A stretch of 58,450 nt of DNA, from assembly GCA_937874195.1 (NCBI GenBank), contig CALNBM010000038.1, positions 1 to 58,450 of the forward strand, read 5' to 3'. The translations under genes and the position numbers were made by a program. Position 1 is the stretch's first letter. Each line of letters begins with the position of its first letter. This DNA comes from an uncultured Clostridia bacterium. GTDB lineage: Bacteria > Bacillota > Clostridia > Christensenellales > UBA1242. The notes under the pieces were generated by a model. It saw only the letters and a program-made list of their open reading frames with translations. It was not told the origin of the DNA and made no database searches. Positions 28,849-41,200 of the stretch are shown piece after piece.

Positions 28849-30381
28849 ATGGCATTTGAGCCAACATACGAAAAGGTGGTGAGTGGTTTTCGTAAAAAAC
28901 TAGGCACAACCCAAGCAGTAATTGAATGCAAACTGCCAGTAAATGAAGGCAGGGTGAGCAAGATATTATGTGTTGATGCAACATCTTTTGTTGTGGGAAG
29001 CGAAGTGGTGGACAATGTGGTTACCTTCAACGGTTTTGTGAGTTTTCATGCAATTTATGAGAATGAAAACGCAGAAATAGAAGGGCTAGATTATACCGCC
29101 GAGTTTAGAGACAAATATGTTTGTGATGACGCTACTAATATGCTTGCACCTGTTGTAACTAGTGCGGTTATCGACATTCAAAGCACGCCACAAGAAAACG
29201 AAATTAAAGTTGTGGCAATTCTTGAAATTCATGTTGATGGTATTCTAGGAGATGAGACTGAAGTGCTTATTGAATTGAACGACAACAATTCTTTTACCAA
29301 AAAAGAAACTTTAAATTTTGTTGCATATAGTGGTATTATATCAGATAGATATGATGTGAGTCATGATGTGGAAATCTTAGACAGTGTAAGCAGAGTGCTA
29401 GGTGTTTGTCCGTCCGCTTATCTTGAAAAAATCACAAAAGGCAATAGGCTCTTGACAGTAAAAGGTGGTGTGAATTTCGATATATGCTATGTTTGTGACA
29501 ATGGCACCATAAGAACCATGCAAGGAAATCATGAGTTTGTGACAGAAATTGCTAATGATAGTGTGGAGCCTGAAAGCAATATTCAAAGTTTAATTAATGC
29601 GATGCTAAACGATATAAAAATATCCACAGCACTTGATGTTGATAAGGCAATTGTGACAATCAATGTGCCAGTTAGGTTTTTAGGTTACATATTTAATCCA
29701 AGAAATTTGGATATAATTAGTGATGTTTTTAAAGCAAATCATTATTTAAATGTGGACTACGAAAACATTAATATTCAAAAATTTCAAACGCCAAATGAAC
29801 TTGTGGAAAGAATCACCGGGAATGCAACCCTTGATGATAACATGGCGTTTATGGATGAAGTTTTAGGAAATTGTTGCAATAGAGTTGTTCTTGCCAACAA
29901 TGGAGTTCAAGAAGGCAGGTTGCTTCTAGAAGGCGTTGCTTATACAACTGTTATTTATTTAAACAAAGAAGAAAATAAAACTTATTCAACTCAGGTGGAA
30001 ATTCCTTTTTCTATCTTGGCAAACATTAATAATCTAACTGACGATTTAATACCGCTTGTGAATATTGCGATTGGTGATGTTGTTGCAAAGGGTAAACGCG
30101 GAAAAGAAATTGATATTAATGCAAAACTATATATCTATGTTGATTTTTACAATACTATAAACGATGCAGTTATCGCTAATGTGATGCAAGCGGACGAAAA
30201 AATTTTTGACGATCTTGTGTTAAGCCTATATATTGCAAAAGAAGGCGATACTGTTTGGGATATTGCTAAAGAAATGAATATTTCACCTAACCTTATTATA
30301 GAGCAAAATCCAGAACTTAATTTCCCGCTTAAAGCAGGAATAAAAGTTGTTATATATCGTCAACGATTATTAGAATATTAA
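28849..30381 (+). CDS. sipL: SPOCS (DUF3794) domains + C-terminal LysM, SipL-like spore coat morphogenetic protein
   Basis: Three repeated beta-rich domains and LysM motif YIAKEGDTVWDIAK....NP; position after veg as in Clostridia. Confidence 0.85.
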   Translation: MAFEPTYEKVVSGFRKKLGTTQAVIECKLPVNEGRVSKILCVDATSFVVGSEVVDNVVTFNGFVSFHAIYENENAEIEGLDYTAEFRDKYVCDDATNMLAPVVTSAVIDIQSTPQENEIKVVAILEIHVDGILGDETEVLIELNDNNSFTKKETLNFVAYSGIISDRYDVSHDVEILDSVSRVLGVCPSAYLEKITKGNRLLTVKGGVNFDICYVCDNGTIRTMQGNHEFVTEIANDSVEPESNIQSLINAMLNDIKISTALDVDKAIVTINVPVRFLGYIFNPRNLDIISDVFKANHYLNVDYENINIQKFQTPNELVERITGNATLDDNMAFMDEVLGNCCNRVVLANNGVQEGRLLLEGVAYTTVIYLNKEENKTYSTQVEIPFSILANINNLTDDLIPLVNIAIGDVVAKGKRGKEIDINAKLYIYVDFYNTINDAVIANVMQADEKIFDDLVLSLYIAKEGDTVWDIAKEMNISPNLIIEQNPELNFPLKAGIKVVIYRQRLLEY

Positions 30382-30587
30382 TTTGTTTTAATTTAAATCG
30401 TGCGTAGAATGGTTTTAGTTCCCAGCTTAGCCGAAGTTTAAAGATGCTTAAAAAAACTTTTTGGCGGAATGCAAGCAGTATTTAGTTGTTATTAAAAACT
30501 TATTTGCTAGGTCGCCATAAAATTTTCGGATGTCTTTCAAAGTATTAGCCTAAGAGAAAATATTAAAATAACAACCCCTTTAATTAT

Positions 30588-30616
30588 AAGCCACTAGGTT
30601 ACTAGTGGCTTTTTTT
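30588..30616 (+). terminator. Rho-independent terminator
   Basis: AAGCCACTAG-GTTA-CTAGTGGCTT followed by a T-run. Confidence 0.85.
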
Positions 30617-30870
30617 ATCCAAAGCTACTAATGGACTAAGATAATAACGAGTTAAAGATAGTGAAATTTTCAAAGATGCCAGCGTTTGTATAGCGTAGAT
30701 TAATCAATGACTTTTTTTTGTAATCGGCAGGAAAGAGAAATGTAATTTATCAAAGTACAGAAAAGACTTTAAGTAATCAAATCTTATAATACTTAATATT
30801 CACTTACATATTAATAAAATATGGTTTAAGTTTAATGTTTTTTGGCTATTATTAAGCTAAGGGAAGTGAA

Positions 30871-31383
30871 ATGAAAAATAAAATTTTAGTAGTATGTGCT
30901 TTATTCTTTGCATTTGTGGTTTTAGCAGGCTGTAATCAAATTGAAAATAATGATTATTTAAGAATACATATAAGGGCTAATTCCAACAGTGAAAAAGACC
31001 AATTTATAAAGTATGAAGTTAAAGATTTAGTTATTAAACATTTAACGCCCTTTTTGACAGAATGTGAGAGTAAAGAGAAAGTTATAACTATGCTTATTGA
31101 CAATAAGTCATCACTGGAACATTTAATAGATGATTATTTAACTATGCGTAACTACGAATATACTAGCGAAGTTGTTATTGATAATGAGTTTTTTCCAACT
31201 AGATATTATGGAAGTATTTTATTGCCATCAGATTATTACGACGCAATTATTATAAACTTAGGAGAAGGTGCAGGTGATAATTGGTGGTGCGTTGTTTATC
31301 CTCCACTGTGTTTCACTAATACTAATAATATTATTTATAAAAGTAAAATTGCTGAAATAATTAGTAATTTTTTTAAAATATAA
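30871..31383 (+). CDS. spoIIR: Stage II sporulation protein R
   Basis: LRIHIRANSNS..DQ..K..V, FPTRYYG, G.G.GDNWWCVVYPPLCF; N-terminal signal with LAGC lipobox. Confidence 0.96.
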   Translation: MKNKILVVCALFFAFVVLAGCNQIENNDYLRIHIRANSNSEKDQFIKYEVKDLVIKHLTPFLTECESKEKVITMLIDNKSSLEHLIDDYLTMRNYEYTSEVVIDNEFFPTRYYGSILLPSDYYDAIIINLGEGAGDNWWCVVYPPLCFTNTNNIIYKSKIAEIISNFFKI

Positions 31384-31732
31384 ATATATTTTAATTGGCT
31401 TTTGATTTGTAAGCAATAGCAGTACTTTTCTTATGTGGATTTACGAATGCATAAAGACTTAGAATCTTATACTTAAAAAGAAGGTTTTATGGAGTTTTGA
31501 GTATAAGCGCGCTAAAAAATAATTTTTTGCCAGTTTGGATATAATTTTTTAAAAAAATTTATAGTATAGTTTTAGAAAAATTAATATTAGTTTATCGCCA
31601 GTTGGCCTAACAAATTTGCCGTTATTTTTTCCATTACTCCTAACTTATCAGATTGGAAGTCGGAGCAATTATAATATCTTCATTTTTGCTTTCACTCATT
31701 GTTTATCTTTTGCTAAATAACCAGTAAAGTAG

Positions 31733-31900
31733 ATTTAAGTAAAACGAATTAATTTACTCACTTAAAGAAAAAAATTAAACAAAAAACAGAGAATATTTTT
31801 ACGCAAAAAATATTAGAAATAATATTTAAGTAAAACGAATTAATTTACTCACTTAAAGAAAAAATTAAACAAAACAACAGAGAATATTTTTACGCAAAAA
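31733..31900. repeat. Tandem direct repeat, two ~77-bp copies (period 91 bp)
   Basis: ATTTAAGTAAAACGAATTAATTTACTCACTTAAAGAAAAAA...CAGAGAATATTTTTACGCAAAAA at 31733 and 31824. Confidence 0.92.
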
Positions 31901-32216
31901 TAAATGTTAGTATTAGTGAAAATGATGATGAGAAAATATTTCGAAACAAATGATTTTGGATGAGCGAATAACCTAAGCAAAGAATTTCCTTCAACTCCTT
32001 TTTTAAATGTTTCTAACCAAGGATTTAAGAAATGATAAATATCAAACTATGAAATAAATTTACTACGCTTTTCAATATTTTAAAAGCGGTTTATTTTATT
32101 TGGTAAAATATTGTATTTTATTTATAATATAATATATAACTTATTATTGTTATTTTTTAAACTTATAAATTATTAGAAAATTGCCAAAGATAAAATGACA
32201 AATAAAGGAACGAAGA

Positions 32217-35200
32217 ATGGGAAAAATTTTACGAAGGGTGTTAGTTTTAATTGCTTTTATTTTGGGGTCAAGTATGGTTTTTGTGGCTTGCGAAAATCCA
32301 TATCAAAATATTAGTTTATATGTTTACATAAGCGATGAAGTTGTTTATAATCCTGACACAAGCAGAGATGAGTTTTTTCTTGAAGGAACCACAAATTCTT
32401 TTACTATAACTGCTCAAGTTACAGGAGTTAAAGGGAATGTTAATCGGGGTGTTAAAATTTCTGTTGACCAGCCAACGGAAATTCTGGCGAGTAAGTTTGA
32501 GACGAGCAGTGAACAAAATGGTTTAACGACTGCGCGTTTCACAGTTAAAAACGGTGGAAATCTAAAAATAAATGTTCGAACTAATGAAGGTGGAAAAAGT
32601 TTATCGCAAAATGTTTTTATTGTTGTTCCTATTAAAGAAATTGCTTTTAACACTGTGAATGCAATTCCTGTTGTGCGTGGCGTGAGCACAGATTTATCTA
32701 ATGAAACACCTAACAGTGGAAACGGTTATAAATTTATTAATTTCCTTCCATCAAACACAAACCAACGCAGTGAAATAAAGTTACAGTTAGTGGAAGAAAA
32801 TGAACAAGTGGAAATTAATGGCAGTAAAATTAAGGTTGCTGCTAATTCCACAATTTCAAATTTTCAAATTATAGCATCTTACAACTATCACAAAAAAGGT
32901 GGTGGAGTGGATGTAATAAAAACTCAACCTATAACAGTAGATGTGTTAACTCCTTTTTCTCAGCCTCTCTTAAAAGATACCATTTCTGTGTTTAATGAAG
33001 TTGCAGGTCAAGATATTAAGTTAAATAAAAATACTCCTTCTGAGTTTGCAGTTAGTCTTGCCACCAATAAAGATGCCAGGTACTCGGAAGCTATTCAAGC
33101 AATGCTTGCTTTTAAAGAAAAAGGTGAGGCAGGCGAAGAAAATATAAATATACTAGACGAAAGTTATTCGTATTTAGGCACAAAATATTCTATTGACTTA
33201 TATGATGCTATTAAAAATCATAATACAATAGGAAGTGATAAAAACAGTGATTTTCTAACTGTAAGTAAAGTGGGAAATAAGAAATTTGAGGTAAATCATA
33301 GAGATGTGGCGAAAACTGTGCCTTTGGATTTTTATGTAAACTACTCAGGTTATGAGAATTTCTTTGATTATCAAGTGGTGACAGTAAGTGTTTCTGTTTT
33401 AGCGTTTACGGAAAACATGGAGGTTTTTAGTGATAGCCTGGCGGTGGAAAAAGTTAACGAGTTAACGCTTTTTAATGACTACAGCGCCACAGATTTAGGC
33501 AGTTCAATTTTTGTGCAGATATTGGGTAATGATGACAAAATATTAGACACTCAAACTTTCTCACTGTCTTTAGAAAATGTGCAAAATATTAGAGCATTTA
33601 AAATTGTGAAAGGTATAGAAGTTGAAATAGTTGAAACGGATATGTTAAAGAGCGGAACAACAGTGTATTTTAAAAATGTGGAAAACGAGATTATTGTGCT
33701 GGAAGAAAATGCTCATATCAAGTTGGTTTCACATGCAGTTGTTCTTAATATTCCTTTATATTTAGTTAGAGAAAAAGTTGCATGGGGTAACGATAATATC
33801 TCCACCAATCTTTTTTTTGAACTTGATAATTTTAAAGAAATAGATTTACCTTTGAATCGCTTTTTAGCAACCTGGCTAGATAATGAAGGCGAAGTAATTT
33901 TGCCAGAGTTTGATAATTTAAAAGCAGAAGATTTTGTTGTGGAAGTTTTGGGCGGTGAAGTGGTTAAAGTTTTAAATGAAAGTGGGGAAACTGCACTTTA
34001 TGATTTAACAAAATTAAAACTAACTCTGCAAGATAAAATCGGTAGCGCAACCATTATTGTTAAAACACCAAACGGATACACTCTTACTATCAACATAACG
34101 GTACTTGTTAATTTAACGCATGAAAATATTTATTTAAGTTTTGATAAATATGCAAATGTTGAAGATAATTTTATTGAATCAATAGATAGTTTAAAAACCT
34201 ACACCTTTAATGCCCTCGTTGGCGACAAGCAAACAGTTTTATTGAATTACGACAATAAAAACGGAACAAAATTTGTGCTTGATGATAGTGTAAATATTGC
34301 TTTTTTTAACATAGTTTCGTCAAATCCTGATAGTGTTTATATTCAAAACTCAAAAGAACTGGTTGTTGCGAATTATGCAGACCTAACAAAAATTGCGGAA
34401 ATTACTGTTACTATAACAGGATATAGCTGGACGGGAGATATAACAAGTATAACACCTGCCACAGCAAGTTTTGAGTTCAAGTTTTTCGTTAAAGTGAATT
34501 TGCCTATAACAGGAGTGTATTTAGAAAGAGCGGCATTATCTATTTTCACAAAAGACACACTAAACTTAGAGGACGTATCTAGTAAAGGTGAGGCAATATT
34601 AACACTTAAAACTAATCCTAAGGACACAACAACCTTTAATAAACAAAATATTAAATGGCTATTATTTATAGACCTTGGCGGTGCGCCTGTTAAAGAAATT
34701 GATGAAAGTAATAAAACGGGGTATCATCGTGAAGGAAACGAGAGTAATGGCGCACGAATTTATTGGGAGCTAAGTGATGATAAAATATCTATAAAATTTT
34801 GGGTGGAGTTGTTGGGAACGCAGGCTTCTAACATAAGCCATGATTTTAGACTTAGTTTTTATGCAATGCCAACTGTAACAGAAGAGTATAAGGACTTTTA
34901 TGGCTTTAAGCATGAAGGCTTTCATTCCGTTCATAGTAGGATAACAGCAACTAATGCAGTGCTTATTGAAGAGCTTACACCTGATTTACCATATAATGTG
35001 TTGGATTTTGATCTTAGAGAAATGGGTGATGAAAATATTAAAAATGGTTATAGATATTTTGAAGGCGAGAATGCAACTAAAACATTTAAATATTCTCTTA
35101 ACCCAACTAACCCTGAAAACAATAAGCTTGAAGTAACTAAAAGTTCGGGGGCGGGGAATATTGAATTTCATGTGGACGAAGACAAGCAGGAAATAAGTGT

Positions 35201-38200
35201 TACTGTTATTAGTTTGGGAGTGGGAGAAAATTATCGCACACCTGTATTTTATATTATTTTATCCACTATGGATAGTCAGGATAAAGATAATCCTGAGTTG
35301 TATCGTTTTTCTGTTAGAATAACTGTTAGAGTGCAAGATGGAAAAGATATTTCTTATGAACTAAGAAACGAAGCGGATTTAATCAGAATGCGTGGGGATA
35401 ATTCTGCATATAATTCAAGTTATACACTTCTTGATAATATTTCATTAACTTCTAATTGGGTTCCTATAGGTACGAAAGAATATCCTTTTACAGGCAAATT
35501 TTTTGGATATAGCGAACTTGATGGAAGACGCATTAATTATATTATTTCCAATGTGACTATAAACCATAATTTAACCAATGAAGAAAACATGGGTATTGGA
35601 TTTTTTGGTTATACTAAAAACGCTCTTATTGAAGGAGTTACAATTAAAGGGCTTTCTATAAATGCTAATGGGGGACTGACAAATTATAATGTTTCAATAG
35701 GCTCACTTATTGGATATATGGAAAACACAGCTGTTATTGATTGTGTGATAGAAGATGGCAACGGTTGGGATAGTTCGCAAGGCACAACGCTAAATGGTGA
35801 AAATCTTAATATTATAAAAAAGAACGAAAATGGAATACGATATAATTATAGCTCTTTAGATGTGAACGCTCTTGCTATGATAGGTGGACTTGCAGGCACG
35901 CAGATTGGGGGTTTAATTTATAATACTACTGTTAAAGTAAGAATATCTACTACTCTTAATTTACCAGAGTTTCCTGTTAAAACAATAGTTTATGCAGGCG
36001 GACTGGTGGGGTATTTACAGGCAAGCGATATTAACGATGTAAATGCATTTGCAGTTTTTGAAGGCTTAGAAATTGATGCTGATATTATAAATCAAAAATT
36101 TAATATTTACTATTCTCCATCTTTAGTGGGAAATTTTAAAGTGATTACATTAATTAATGCAGAACTGTCAGATGATATGAGTATGGCGAATAGGTTAAAT
36201 TCAAATTCTGCGTTCGGCGGAGTTGTGGGGCTGAATAACGGCAAAATTCAAGGTGTAAATGCAAGAAATATAATATTTGGCAAAAACAACTTAGGTGGAC
36301 TAGCGGGCGTGAACGGTGGCATAATTGATGGATGCTTAGTTTCCCCAACACTGCATGGACAAACTAATATCGGCGGAGCAGTAGGCTTAAACGCAAGCGG
36401 AATGATTGAAGATAACGGTGCTGGACTAAGCAAAGTATATGGAATAAATTATGTAAATGGAATTTATAGGGTTGAAGCATTATTCAATAGTCTGCTTGGT
36501 GCAGTTTATAACACAAAAGTGCAAATGCTTGACCACAAAGACAGTTTTAGTGTTTTAAACACTGCTATTGCTGGTGTTAATAACTTAGGCGGGTTGGTGG
36601 GATTAAATTTAAGCCAAGTTGTTAAAAACGAAAGTAATAAAACCTTTGATTTTATGGCAAGTTTGTCTTTTAACTCTGTTTATTCTTATGTTTCTGAAAT
36701 CGAAATCACAAATGGTTGGGATAGAAGAAATGACCAACATTTATATTATGGCGATATAATTGTAACCACCACTCAATTTGGACAGACAGTTGGTGGCTAT
36801 GTTGGAGGAGCAAATAATCTATTTGTAAATACAAGTTATGTTAAAATAAATATAAGCAACAATAACAAAATAACAGACATTGTGATTGGCGGTATGCTTG
36901 GCAAAATAATTAATAGCAGTCAAGAAAACAAGGGCGTGGTGCTTATATTTAATAGCAGTGTTAGTGGTTATGTTGCATATAGCAAAGTTGAGAATGACAC
37001 TATCACCTATTTCACGGAAAATCAACATAATAATGTCGGCGGTTTTTTAGGCGATAGTGAAAATGTTTATAATAATTTATTATTTAATGACGAAAGTGCT
37101 ATATTTGACTGGACTTACAACCAAGCTGGTTTATTTGGTTTTAAAAGCGAAGATACGGACAAGGAATTTACAACTTTCTATAATCTGCAAGCAAGTTACA
37201 CAACTTTAAAATTTTACAGTAATATAGAAGAAGATGTTAAATATATACAAAACTTTGCAGGCGGAAACGAAACAGAGAATGTTGAATTACTAAAATATGG
37301 TTTAACTATATCAAAACCAAAACTGCTTGCAGCAAACAGTTTTTATATTGGATATAAAACTTATGCAAGGTATGGAAATGAAATAACTCAAATTATAACA
37401 TTTAATGAGAACTTAGTAAGATATGGTGGTAATGTTGATTATTTCATATTTAGCGAAACGGGTACTAATGTTTTATATATTAATAATGGAAACATTGCAA
37501 GTGAACCAATAGCCACTGGTCTTACAGTCAACTGGACCAGAGTGAATGAAGATGGTGAAGAAGATATATTCGGCGAATTTTATCGCTCTGAAAGCACAGG
37601 TGCAAGCGCTGGTATGACTCTGCCAATTAAGGCTCAAGCTTTAGGTCTTGTTTACACAGGTCCTTTTGATGTTTATAATACAAGTTGGCATTATGATAAC
37701 TTGAACATGTCACACTTAACAGCTAGTTTGTATAGCAATGATATAAATGCAAAATATTATTTAACGCAAAATGCAAGTGTACTTGAAGGTAAAAATATTT
37801 ACATGCATGAAGATGTGAACGGCGGTTGGGCAATCCCACTCGCGGAAACAAAAACCAAAGATAATGGTGCTATTAATTTTATTGTGGACTTACCAACAAA
37901 TAACATGCAAATTCTGTTTTTATATAGCGTAGGTTATCAAAGTGAAGAGGAAGTAGTTATTGAATATAATGATAACTACAATAAAGTGGACATTCAAAAA
38001 CTTAACGATACTATCGTGCTTAGTTGTTATCAGGTGGATAAAAACCTGCTACCTGAAATATTTGGCTACTATGATTTTAATGGCGACCGTTCTCATACCC
38101 CAACGCAAACGGAAAGAATATACACTAGTTACTTAAACGCGTATTTAAAAAGTTTAAATAAATATAAATTATCTAATTTGTTAGAAATCTTAAATGATGG

Positions 38201-41200
38201 GATTAGCAATCAATATGATGAATTAAATATTTATAGTAATTCAAATTTAATTAATATTGAGTATGGGAATGGCGAAGTATACATAAATGTTTTAGGAACC
38301 GGTAAAGCATATATTTATATAACTTCAAAATACAACTTAACTGTTAGTGAACGCATAGAAATAAATATTATTAATAAGATTTCTAACCTGTCATTATTTG
38401 GTGATATGCTTAAAATAAACAAATTAAGCGAAAGCACACCGTTAAATATTATTAAAAGTTATGATAAAATTTTAACTATTACTTTAGATAGTTATTTAGA
38501 AAATGTAACTCCAGGCCTTACAGAATACTACGGCGATATTGCGCTAAGTGGTAATACAAAATTTGGTGTGGGTGCAAGATTTTATGTTTTAAATAACGAG
38601 GGTAGCCCTTATCATGCAAGTTTAAACATTCCGACCGAGTTTTCCATAAACGGGCAAAAGTTTTCAGCGTATAGTGGTCCTCAAGGTTGGCTAATTTATG
38701 TTGATTGCTATGATATTTCCACAGTGCATGTTAAAGGATATGAAAAAGCAAAGTATAATTTAATGGCATTGCCATTTGCGTATGATAAACAAAATTTAAA
38801 CACTATAACGCTTATTGCTGATAACACTACTTCTTTTGAAACACAAGGTGAAAAATTTGCAATAAATATTATTGATGGCACTTTTGGAATTGGTGCTAGT
38901 GAAGATGCAGGGTCATCTCCAACTACTCCTGCTAACTTTGAAGTGGTACTGCAAACAGACGATATTAATGTTGGAATATATATCTCAATTAAACAACTAG
39001 AAAGATATATGTATTTATATGGACTAAATCAGGTTAATGCTTTTTCATCTGCTAGTGGAGTAATCAGTTCGTTTTATAAAGATGGATATTTGGTTAAGGT
39101 GAGCGATACTCTTCTTTTCCATATTTCTGATAGTGATATACTTGTTGAATTTGTTAATAATAAACGAATGGCGTTTAATTTTGATAAGTTTGTTGTTTAT
39201 ATAACAAACTTGCAATATTTAGATGCAAACAATGAAGTGTTGTTTGACGCATCAACAGATAGTATAGATGACGCACTAAATACTAGCGGGATGTTGGCGT
39301 CTAAGAGGTACAGTTTCCAAGTAGATGTTGAGGATAGATATCTATATGATATCGCCATGATTGAGGAGTTTAACTTTGATTTTTATACAGTAAAATACAC
39401 AACTGAAAACGAAAAAATTGTTGAAAATGTTATTCTGGATGAATTTAAATACACTATAAATCCAAGTTTAGTGGAAGAGGATAATGTAAGCATAAATCAT
39501 TTTTCTAAAATTACTCTTAATACTGTTGATACAACCACAGGGCAAAAAACAATTATAACAGATATTGATCAAAACTCAATGTCTAACACACTTGTTGCAG
39601 GCTATCCGGGACTTCTAAACATTAATCTTTATCCTTCTTATGCAAGAGTGGACTCTTTAACAGTTTCGTCATCAATTAGTGGTGGAATTTATGTGGGGCT
39701 AGAGCAAATGCTGGCTGACTTCACAAGAAATACAGAACCAGATATTTATCCGGAGTATATTTTTGCAGGCTCTTATTCGTCTATTGCGGAAGGAACGGAA
39801 ATAATTGATAACGGGCGAGGCATAAGACTTATTAATAGCAGTTATAACTTTGTGGAAAACAATATTAATCAAAGAGGCTACAATGGAAAATTTTATATTA
39901 AAACATTGCTTCCAAGTTTTCATAATCCATTACTTGTGTTCACAATAACAGTTGTTGGTTACTTAAACGGTCAAGCACAATTCACAAAAACAATTAATAT
40001 TACACCTCACTTAACGCCGTATATAGATTTTAATGTTGGTGGAGAAACTAATGTTGCTGTGGCAATAGGCAAGGAAGTTGAGTTGACTCTTTACACAGAT
40101 GGTAAGGTGGAAAACAATAATATGTTTGATTTTTTCATAGAAAATGAAAAAACCACATTAGCGTCAGAAAAAACCAAGAGTTATATTTTTAATGGTATTC
40201 GTAAAGTTAATGAAAACAAATATGCTTTTATAATAAATTATGATGAAAATTTATTAGGCAAACAATTTAGCATAACTGTGACTGCTTTTAATGAAATTTT
40301 TAACAATATATATGAAGAAAGAGCAACAATTAATTTCCAACTTGCTCTTTTCACGGTTACATCTATTTCTGTGGATAGAGTGGAAGAGGGTAACCTAAAA
40401 GGAAACTTCAATCAGGATTATGCACTAGAAGTTAAAGTAAACGCAGATTATTGCACCGATAAAGCATTGATAAGTAGGAATGAAGCCGACGAAATTCAAA
40501 AACAACTTAGATTTGATACCGTGCAAAAACATATTTTACGCGAAATAGATAAGTTATCAGCAAGTATCACATCCTTAGGACTTTACGGAAAATATAGAGA
40601 TTTTAATAATTTAACAGAAGAGCAAATAACAGATTGGCAAATAAGTATTGCGCGGTTTGGTGACGGAACTGTAAACGGAATTAGACATATTACTTCCACA
40701 TGGTATAATAACGACCAGCCATTAACAGTGGGTACATCGTATCACGGATTTGTGGTTAGCAACGGGCGTGCTAAATTTTTAGTGTCTGATGTGAAAGATT
40801 TATTTGGTAATTCGTATAGAGAGCCATATGCCGTTTTAAATGTGAGAAGCACTGCAATTGGTAGTAATGAAAGAATTACAGCGCGTGCGCTTATTCAATA
40901 TAGTGGCGAAAAAACCAATGGGGTAGGGTTGTTTGATGACAACAATGTAACAAGTGGTTTTGTTTTTGAGCACGAAAGTGATTTTGGGTTTGACACTGTT
41001 CAATTATCCAATGAAGAAAATCCCGAACCTATTTATAGTGTGACAGAGCTTATGAGTATGCAAGCGGACGGACATTATATATTGATGGAAGATCTTGAAG
41101 TGAATTTTTGGACACCGCTAAAAACCAACATTGCCAGTCTTGATGGAAACGGTTATGTTATAAGAATAAATAGTTTTATTGATGTTTCAAGTGAAGAAAA

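Noticed and set aside
31733-31900. CRISPR array
   Set aside because: Only two 77-bp copies with a 14-bp gap; no cas genes; repeat length is wrong.
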